The translations under genes were made by a program, and so were the position numbers. Of a stretch of 64,000 bases of DNA, positions 57,206 through 64,000 are shown in pieces. Positions within the stretch are counted from its first letter, which is position 1. Every line of letters starts with the position of its first letter. The notes beneath the pieces are model-generated. The model did no database searches, was not told the origin of the DNA, and saw only the letters and a program-made list of their open reading frames with translations. The DNA is from Candidatus Eiseniibacteriota bacterium (GTDB taxonomy: Bacteria; Arandabacterota; Arandabacteria; Arandabacterales; Arandabacteraceae). Location: positions 77,975-141,974 of the forward strand of contig JBDRNT010000161.1 of NCBI GenBank assembly GCA_043810925.1. The letters are read 5' to 3'.

Positions 57206-58597
57206 CTAACCCTCCTCCCTGTGGGTGATCTTAACAACCGTCCTGGTATCCTCAGTGATTCTTGCCCGGTTCGCTCTTCTTACACCCGCAATCCATATTA
57301 TACCTTCACTATCCCGGACTATCGGAATCTTACCCCTCCGACTTGCCGGAACTTTGGCATCTATGAATATATCATGAATCTTCTTCGAACCTGAAAGCCC
57401 AAAGGGTACAAGCCTGTCACCCTGGCGCCAGTTGGTCGCCACAAGTGGAGGCTTGAGTCCGGCCAGATCGAAGTACACCGTGCTCCCGTTCTTTGAGACA
57501 TCGCCGTTTGAGGGTTTCTCGCTGAGTACCTCGGCGGTCAATGTGATACCTGATGGACCGGCAAGCACCTTACCCGGCAGCTCGAGCGTAACTTCGAAGT
57601 CCTCCCCGGTTCCGAGACCGAGGCCTATCACAAGCCTGTCATACTCCCGGAGTGCCACGATACCCGAGCCCACGTCGATCCGCGAGCCGGACCTCGAATC
57701 CGCTGCAAACTCGAGCAACGCATTGAGGTTGTCAAAGGACACGACTTGACGGTCGCCTTCAAGCGATCTCAATATGGAGTAGAGCGTGAACAACCGGACA
57801 GCACGCGGAAGCCTCATAAACGCGTCAAGATCGATCCCGGTCCGGCCGTCCTCCGACTTGCAGCAGGTCTCAAGTGCCTCTCCAGCCTTTGCCCTGAAGT
57901 ACTCGTCCAGCATGGAGAAGACACTTGCCGTCCTTGCCAGTGAGTCGACCATCTTCGGGTTGAACTCCCGCTCAAGCAACGGCATCAGGGTCCGTCTCAC
58001 CTTGTTCCGTTCGTAGCGCTCATCCAGGTTGGAGCTGTCCAGCCTGTAGTTGATTCCGTTTTCCTCAAGATAGGCGACGATCTCATCCCGCGTGGTTTCT
58101 ATCAGCGGTCTCACCACCTTCTCCTCGACCGCGGGCCTGATACCGGCGAGCCCGGACATCGCGCTTCCACGAATGATGTTTAAGAGGACCGTCTCAGCGC
58201 TGTCGTTCGCGTTATGCCCCGTAGCGATCTTGTTGAACCCGGTCTCCTCAAGAACTCGTTCGAAGAATGCATATCTCACCTTCCGCGCGACCGCTTCAAC
58301 TGAGAGCTTATGTGAACGTGAAAGCTGCGGAACATCCTCACGATGCGTTGTGACCGTCAGAGAAAGGTCTCTACAGAGGTCTTCGACAAACCGCATGTCT
58401 TCCAGCGATTCGTCTCCCCTGATTCCGTGCTCCAGATGCGCCACGTGAAGATCTATCCCGTAGGAGCCCTTAAGCAAGTTCAGCGCGCAAAGCAATGCAA
58501 CGGAGTCCGGACCGCCGGATAGCGCCACGACCACACGATCTCCGCGCTTGAGCATCGCGTACTTATCGATCGTCGCCTGCATGCTTTTCAGTAACAT
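57206..58597 (-). CDS. tilS: tRNA(Ile)-lysidine synthetase
   Basis: SGGPDS, HLEHGIRG, ATGHNAND, RPLI, DSSN, RNKVR. Confidence 0.96.
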   Translation of the reverse strand: MLLKSMQATIDKYAMLKRGDRVVVALSGGPDSVALLCALNLLKGSYGIDLHVAHLEHGIRGDESLEDMRFVEDLCRDLSLTVTTHREDVPQLSRSHKLSVEAVARKVRYAFFERVLEETGFNKIATGHNANDSAETVLLNIIRGSAMSGLAGIRPAVEEKVVRPLIETTRDEIVAYLEENGINYRLDSSNLDERYERNKVRRTLMPLLEREFNPKMVDSLARTASVFSMLDEYFRAKAGEALETCCKSEDGRTGIDLDAFMRLPRAVRLFTLYSILRSLEGDRQVVSFDNLNALLEFAADSRSGSRIDVGSGIVALREYDRLVIGLGLGTGEDFEVTLELPGKVLAGPSGITLTAEVLSEKPSNGDVSKNGSTVYFDLAGLKPPLVATNWRQGDRLVPFGLSGSKKIHDIFIDAKVPASRRGKIPIVRDSEGIIWIAGVRRANRARITEDTRTVVKITHREEG

Positions 58598-58740
58598 GCG
58601 TAGCCGGCCTCCCGGAGGGTGATCACCTGGCCGCATCCGGCAACTTCGCAGTCAGGAATAGAGTCGACCAAAGATCGTGGAGAGCCTTCGCTGCAAGATG
58701 CTGCCTTTTCAGGTCGGATAACCCTCTCAGATGAAACACC

Positions 58741-58817
58741 TGGTGGCGGTGCAGGGATTCGAACCCCGGACACAGAGATTATGATTCTCCTGCTCTGACC
58801 AACTGAGCTACACCGCC
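58741..58817 (-). tRNA. tRNA with CAT anticodon, probably elongator tRNA-Met
   Basis: GGCGGTG TA GCTC...GAGC A GGAGA ATCATAA TCTCT...CGGGG TTCGAAT CCCTG CACCGCC A CCA. G1-C72 is paired, so it is not the initiator. Confidence 0.95.
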
Positions 58818-58874
58818 AGCACAAAAGGCAGGAACTCCAATCCTGATCAAAGCCTGCTCCTCGCCTTTTTAGGG

Positions 58875-58903
58875 ATACTACTTGAGCTCCCGGTGTCTGT
58901 CAA
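58875..58903 (-). promoter_or_regulatory. sigma70 promoter for the tRNA-tilS-hpt-ftsH run
   Basis: TTGACA-N17-TAGTAT. Confidence 0.65.
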
Positions 58904-58989
58904 GAGGTATGAAGGTCTGCCATATGCGCTTGACACCAGCGTCTGTTGTACAGTAACTTGAGTATGCTTTGCAGGAAAAAGGAGAGTAA

Positions 58990-60201
58990 GTGATGGAGCG
59001 TTCGTGTGGCCCGGTAATCAGTGTGTGTTTTGGCATAATCCTCATCCTGGCCTGCCTCTCCGGCTGCAGCAAGGAGTCGGTGTTCCTCACAGACAGGTTC
59101 GAAAACGATGGGCGCTTCAGAGACACGACGCTGGTCGCCGTAGACTCCGACTGGGCAAACCGCAGCCACAGTGCCAAACCCGGATGGCTATCGAAGCGGT
59201 TGGTGGTCGGCGCCTGGCAGGGTTATCTTGCACGGGCCTTTATCGGATTTTCGTCACTACCCGACAGCGGCGTGGAGATAACCAACGCGACCCTTCACCT
59301 GTACGGGGCCAGAGTAGAAGGAAGCGTAGCCGGGAATGAGTTCGGTGTCTTCGCCCTGACCGACACGCTCGATCAGCTCAGCCTTTACTGGGGTAGCATG
59401 CCCGAACACGGGACGGATGACGGTGTCGCATTCGACCCGCCTGCCGAGCCCCGGACTTCTGTGGAGGTTGATATCACAGATATCGTTTCGTCGTGGGTAT
59501 CAGACGAGGACACCAATCTCGGGCTGGTTGTGAAGCTCCTGAACGAAGAGGCACCAGGCGGAGATGTTATCGTGGAGTTCGCCTCCCGGGAGGCCCCTCC
59601 CACCGACTCTCTTGATCACAGACCTGCGCTTACGATCGCATATATCGATACCGGGGGGATCTCGTATGATACGCTGTCCGTCGCGGCGCTGGACGTGTTT
59701 GCCGATACGCTGGTCACGCCCTTCCCCGCGGACACGCTTGGAATTCTCTGCGGGAACGGTTTCCCCTCGAGAGCTTTTGTCAGATTCGATGTGTCGGCTG
59801 TACCGGTTGAGGCTACGGTCACCAGGGCCGAGCTCAAGCTGACGCCCAACCTCGACGAGTCGTCCTTTGACTCGATCACCGTGACCTGCCATGCCGTACT
59901 GAGTCCCGGGTGGACGGGATACAATTCGAACAAAGGAACCACCGGATCAGGCACCCGGCTGCTGCACATCGACTCACTCGTGCAGGGAAACACAGTCGAC
60001 ATGGTGATCACACCACTCATCCAACCGCTCGTGGCCAGGCAGGAAACGAGTTACGGGCTTCTTATCAAGTCCGTTGACGAGACAGTGGATATCGATTTCG
60101 TAAGATTCTTTTCCAGCCTGGCGACCGACACGCTTGTAAGGCCGAGGCTTGAGATAGACTACGTCATGCCCCCCAGCCCCTCGTACCGGGAGGAACAATG
60201 A
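58990..60201 (+). CDS. Lipoprotein with two DNRLRE-like beta-sandwich domains
   Basis: Lipobox LSGC; RAFIGF...ITNATLHLY...VDITDIVSSW...FASRE...RPALTI, with a second copy ending RPRLEIDY. Confidence 0.75.
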   Translation: MMERSCGPVISVCFGIILILACLSGCSKESVFLTDRFENDGRFRDTTLVAVDSDWANRSHSAKPGWLSKRLVVGAWQGYLARAFIGFSSLPDSGVEITNATLHLYGARVEGSVAGNEFGVFALTDTLDQLSLYWGSMPEHGTDDGVAFDPPAEPRTSVEVDITDIVSSWVSDEDTNLGLVVKLLNEEAPGGDVIVEFASREAPPTDSLDHRPALTIAYIDTGGISYDTLSVAALDVFADTLVTPFPADTLGILCGNGFPSRAFVRFDVSAVPVEATVTRAELKLTPNLDESSFDSITVTCHAVLSPGWTGYNSNKGTTGSGTRLLHIDSLVQGNTVDMVITPLIQPLVARQETSYGLLIKSVDETVDIDFVRFFSSLATDTLVRPRLEIDYVMPPSPSYREEQ

Positions 60202-61385
60202 GTATGCTTCGACCTGCGGTCGTGATTCTCATGTTGGGTGTCCTTGCATGCAGTGTGCTGGGAGATTCGATATTCGACCAGAACGGCATCGGCAGAGACG
60301 TGATCCCGGCGACTGGACACACACGGGCCCTGGCCGGCGCCGTGACTGCCAGCAAAGATCCTCTTGCCTGTTCTATCTTAAACCCGTTCGCAGCGGCGAT
60401 CTCGGACAAGATCACCATCAGCACCGGGTTCTCCCACACAGGCACAAAAACAAAGAACGTCGGCGAGGAGACGCGGACAGTGACGACCATTTTCCCATCG
60501 GTCGCACTTACAGTGCCCCTCAAGGGTTTCTCCGTCATGACGGGCCTCTTTCTCGAGAAGCAGGGAAGAGTGAGCCTCACTATGAGGGACACGGCGTACA
60601 CGCATGAGCTCTTTGATATCGATTACCGGAGAGAATCATCCGTTCACTCCGTTCCCGTCCTTGTCTCAGCGGCGGTCGTACCGAGACTGATAGTCTCGGG
60701 AGGAATCCTGATTTCATTCCTCGATATCCGGGAGAAGACGACCACGGATTTCGTCTCGGATGAGCGTGTCGACGCCCGGGATATCAACGACACCTACGCC
60801 ATTGGGAAGTCCTTTGCCGGCGGCTTCCTGCTTGATCTCGACAGAGTCAGGCTGGGAGCTCTCTTCAGGACCAAGGCCGATCTGGATGCGACACTCGACC
60901 GTGAGAACAGGTATGCGGGTATCTGGTCCAGTGAGGACTTCACAATCTCATCGGATCAGGCGTTTGGTGTGGGCCTATGGGTCAGTCCGGCGCAGCAGGT
61001 AACGATCGAGGCCGACTATCACCGCAACCCCTGGGCCGACGTCACGATCGACGACATAGCGGTGACCGCCAAGCGTGTAGAGAGATGGTCCATCGGGGCC
61101 AGTTACCGTGGTGATTACCTCTGGAGCGCATCGAAGTATCCCCTTGTAGCGGGCTACTACAGACAACCGCTTGCCTGGGAAAGTGATCTCACGGGTGAAA
61201 TCACCGAAGAATTCTGGTCTCTCGGAACGTCAATTCCAGTAGGTGAAGACAGGGCCTCAATCTCGGTCGCGCTGGAGATGGGCAGAAGACTGGCACAGGA
61301 CACGGACGATCTTCACGAGACGATTTACGGCTTGTCCATTTCGGTTTCCGCCAGCGAGGCCTGGCGAAGAGAAATAAGGAGATGA
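60198..61385 (+). CDS. Probable outer-membrane beta-barrel (FadL/PorV-like)
   Basis: Signal peptide, RALAG...LNPFAA N-terminal motif, alternating beta-strand pattern. Confidence 0.65.
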   Translation: MSMLRPAVVILMLGVLACSVLGDSIFDQNGIGRDVIPATGHTRALAGAVTASKDPLACSILNPFAAAISDKITISTGFSHTGTKTKNVGEETRTVTTIFPSVALTVPLKGFSVMTGLFLEKQGRVSLTMRDTAYTHELFDIDYRRESSVHSVPVLVSAAVVPRLIVSGGILISFLDIREKTTTDFVSDERVDARDINDTYAIGKSFAGGFLLDLDRVRLGALFRTKADLDATLDRENRYAGIWSSEDFTISSDQAFGVGLWVSPAQQVTIEADYHRNPWADVTIDDIAVTAKRVERWSIGASYRGDYLWSASKYPLVAGYYRQPLAWESDLTGEITEEFWSLGTSIPVGEDRASISVALEMGRRLAQDTDDLHETIYGLSISVSASEAWRREIRR

Positions 61386-61448
61386 CCGCTGCAACGGGTT
61401 GTATCCCCCTGAATGTGGAAATTCCCCTGCCACTAGGAGGTCACGAGC

Positions 61449-61952
61449 ATGAGGCATAACGCTTTCATCAATACGGTTCTAGCAACTCTTCTACTTATGT
61501 TGGTACTCCCGCAGGTCTCTCTGGGGGCGGACGGCGATCACATCAAGTGGTACGGCCTCGGCGGAGAGCTGAACGGCCCGAAACGCTGGTTCGGTAGAAT
61601 CGGTATCACCGAATATCTCGGTGCCGAAGTGATATTCGCCATGGAGCACACCTCCCGGGAGTGCAACAAAGGTGTAGGGGACTGTGATTCGACTACGCTT
61701 GATGTTGGCGCAGGTGCTATCTACGAGCTCGTTCCGGGTGCAAAGCTGACCCCATACCTGGCGGGAAGGTTCATCCTTACGATGAGCGGCAACGGTCACT
61801 CAGAGACATCAGGAACAGTAGAGACCGCAGGCGGTGTCGAATACCTGCTGATGAACCGTCTGGGTATCAGCGGCGAGCTCAACTTCAGCTTCCGCACTGA
61901 TCCGACCCACGTCGCAACTGCTACGCGCATAAGGTTTTACTTCTACTTCTGA
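61449..61952 (+). CDS. Small outer-membrane beta-barrel protein
   Basis: Signal peptide, amphipathic strands, C-terminal RFYFYF. Confidence 0.75.
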   Translation: MRHNAFINTVLATLLLMLVLPQVSLGADGDHIKWYGLGGELNGPKRWFGRIGITEYLGAEVIFAMEHTSRECNKGVGDCDSTTLDVGAGAIYELVPGAKLTPYLAGRFILTMSGNGHSETSGTVETAGGVEYLLMNRLGISGELNFSFRTDPTHVATATRIRFYFYF

Positions 61953-61966
61953 GCACCGCTATAGGC

Positions 61967-61993
61967 TCAAGGTAGCAGTCTCCCCTGCCGATA
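61967..61993 (+). promoter_or_regulatory. Putative sigma28 promoter
   Basis: TCAA-N16-GCCGATA upstream of the HAMP kinase. Confidence 0.45.
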
Positions 61994-62042
61994 GACGCCG
62001 TAGGTAAACTTATGTCATGTCATGGCCTAAGCTGGCTTGTTT

Positions 62043-63941
62043 ATGAGCAAAAACATTGACAGGAAGCTGCTGGAGGGGAAGAGATCCTTCTGGCTAACGC
62101 TGCTCGCGAGGTCGGGTCTCGGGATACAAGGAAAGTTCTTGATCCTGGTCACCGCCGTAATCGCTGCTGCCGTCCTTGGATTCTCCTGGTTCTTCATTCG
62201 CCATGAGCGAAGCGTCATAACCGAGGCGCTGCTTCAAAGAACACGGAGCCTGGGGAAGAACCTTGCCTACAACAGCCAGTACGGTGTGCTGGTAAGGGAT
62301 GCGAGGGGGCTCAACAAGCTCGTCTCTGGCATCCAGATGGAAGAGGATGTCGTCTATGCGATGGTGGTCGATGAAGACGGTACCATCCTCGGCCACACCA
62401 CTCCATCGCGCGTAGGCACAAAGACAGACATCCCGGACGACCTGATTGGTTTCATCGACGATCGGGACCTGCCGACTCACCGGACGGAATCCCGGGACGA
62501 TCTCATCCACTTTGTCACTCCCGTTGAGACCATAAAGCAAGAACTCTCCAGAGAGGAGCTCCTCCTTCCCGGCGAAGACATCTCCGATATCGCAGGCCCG
62601 TACAGTGACGCAGAGGGCGCCAAGGTTGAGAAGATCGGAAGAGCCGTGGTGGGAGCCTCTGTTCTCGGTATAGAGAGGATGATGATCTCAGTCAGGGTGA
62701 TCGTCGCAATCATAGGCGCGGCGATCGGATGTGCATCAGTTTTCGCGGTATACGGCATGGCAAGAGCTGTCGTGATTCCCATAAGGAGACTTGTACGCGC
62801 CACGGAGAGAATCGCTGCGGGTGACCTGAGTCATATGGTAGAGGCCAAAGGTACCGACGAGGTCGGCGAGTTGGCACGATCATTCAACAGCATGGTTGTC
62901 GATCTCAGAAAGTCTCACGAAGAAGTCGAGAACTATAGCCGCACCCTTGAAGACAAGGTGACCGAAAGGACGGCTGACCTGGAAGACGCGAATATTTCTT
63001 TGCGGAACACACAGGCCCAGCTTATCCAGGCAAGCAAGATGGCCGCCATGGGCCAGTTCGGGGCCGGAGTGGCGCACGAGCTCAACCAGCCACTGGCCGG
63101 GATCACCGGATACACAGATCTCCTGCTGCTTAAGATTGAAAAGGAGACCCCTGAGTGGAGATACGCCAAGAAGATTGAGGATCAGTGTGTCAGGATGACC
63201 AAGATCGTCAACAACCTGAGGACCTTCGCACGGCAGTCGAAATTCGAGTATTCCCAGACCTCAATCAACCAACCGATAGATGACGCGCTGATGTTGCTCG
63301 GAGAACAGCTGCGATCCCACAACATTCAGGTTAGACGGGAGCTTGCACCGGACCCGCCGAAGGTGCTCGCCGATGCCAACCAGCTGGAGCAGGTGTTTCT
63401 CAATCTGATATCCAATGCGAAGGACGCGATGGAGTCCAAGGGCGGGGGGACAGTGACCATAATATCTCGCAAGGCGGAAAAACCTGATTTCGTCGAGGTG
63501 CTGGTTGCCGACACCGGTACCGGCATGGATAGCGCAACCATGACCGACATTTTCAATCCGTTCTTCACGACAAAGGGTGTTGGCAAGGGAACCGGCCTCG
63601 GTCTTTCGATCAGCCTCGGTATAATCGAAGACCACGGGGGTCGAATAGAGGTGCACAGCATCAAGGAAGAGGGCACGGTGTTCAGGCTTTCCTTGCCTGT
63701 GCTTAATGCTCCGGCGTGCTGGGAAATGACCGGTTGCAAGGGAACCTGCGGCACGGACAAGGAAAACTGTCCGGCATACAAGAACAAGAAGGGACATTCC
63801 TGCTGGGAAGAAGTAGCCAAGCGGCACAGAAGGAAGGGAGATCCGCTTCCGCCGAACTTCAGAAATTGCAGTGTCTATGCGCGGAAGTCGTGCCCGCCCC
63901 TTACGGAATGCTGGGACTTCGAGAAAGCAGTTGTTCGATGA
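62043..63941 (+). CDS. TM-HAMP sensor histidine kinase with C-terminal Cys-rich (two-CW-like) domain
   Basis: AGVAHELNQPL, NLISNAKDAM, FNPFFTTK...GTGLGLS; tail CWEMTGC...CPAY...CWEE...C. Confidence 0.92.
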   Translation: MSKNIDRKLLEGKRSFWLTLLARSGLGIQGKFLILVTAVIAAAVLGFSWFFIRHERSVITEALLQRTRSLGKNLAYNSQYGVLVRDARGLNKLVSGIQMEEDVVYAMVVDEDGTILGHTTPSRVGTKTDIPDDLIGFIDDRDLPTHRTESRDDLIHFVTPVETIKQELSREELLLPGEDISDIAGPYSDAEGAKVEKIGRAVVGASVLGIERMMISVRVIVAIIGAAIGCASVFAVYGMARAVVIPIRRLVRATERIAAGDLSHMVEAKGTDEVGELARSFNSMVVDLRKSHEEVENYSRTLEDKVTERTADLEDANISLRNTQAQLIQASKMAAMGQFGAGVAHELNQPLAGITGYTDLLLLKIEKETPEWRYAKKIEDQCVRMTKIVNNLRTFARQSKFEYSQTSINQPIDDALMLLGEQLRSHNIQVRRELAPDPPKVLADANQLEQVFLNLISNAKDAMESKGGGTVTIISRKAEKPDFVEVLVADTGTGMDSATMTDIFNPFFTTKGVGKGTGLGLSISLGIIEDHGGRIEVHSIKEEGTVFRLSLPVLNAPACWEMTGCKGTCGTDKENCPAYKNKKGHSCWEEVAKRHRRKGDPLPPNFRNCSVYARKSCPPLTECWDFEKAVVR

Positions 63942-64000
63942 GCGGTAACATCCTGGTAGTAGACGACGAACAGATCGTACGCGATTTCTTCATGGACATC
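63938..64000 (+). CDS. Response regulator (partial, runs off window end)
   Basis: ATG overlaps the kinase stop codon: MSGNILVVDDEQIVRDFFMDI. Confidence 0.8.
   Translation, partial: MSGNILVVDDEQIVRDFFMDI

Noticed and set aside
52329-58597. tilS-hpt-ftsH-folE-folP-dacA cluster as a novelty
   Set aside because: This is a widely conserved housekeeping gene order.
58741-58817. tRNA-Ile2 (TilS substrate), suggested by its position next to tilS
   Set aside because: The acceptor stem GGCGGTG has G4/G5 rather than the C4-G69/C5-G68 TilS determinants, so it resembles elongator tRNA-Met.

Overview
Bacterial chromosomal segment of moderately high GC. Outer-membrane beta-barrels, an FlgD-Ig/T9SS-like C-terminal domain and C-terminal 'TWGxIK' motifs suggest an FCB-affiliated diderm candidate lineage (Eisenbacteria/Krumholzibacteria/Latescibacteria-like); this is inference only. 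In order: two-component signalling genes (1-4.6 kb, 8.6-12.6 kb, 62-64 kb); a catalytically degenerate tyrosine recombinase heading a small operon; an orphan N6-adenine methyltransferase; addBA; an M4 peptidase; a nitrilase; a probable 6S RNA; a minus-strand surface/signalling cluster (28-40.2 kb); a type I RM island with two extra PD-(D/E)XK genes; mscL; an MFS transporter; and the housekeeping run tRNA-Met-tilS-hpt-ftsH-folE-folP-dacA. Three observations stand out. (1) An unannotated ~400-nt multi-branched ncRNA with its own promoter (21896-22290) resembles a shortened OLE RNA and has no oapA beside it. (2) A 19-aa micro-peptide gene with its own promoter, RBS and terminator precedes a sigma54-driven cluster: a tandem membrane HD-GYP protein, a secreted Cys-every-fifth repeat protein and two GIFT/DUF4350-like membrane paralogues. 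(3) A family of 23-bp palindromes runs through the RM island, including inside yhcG.
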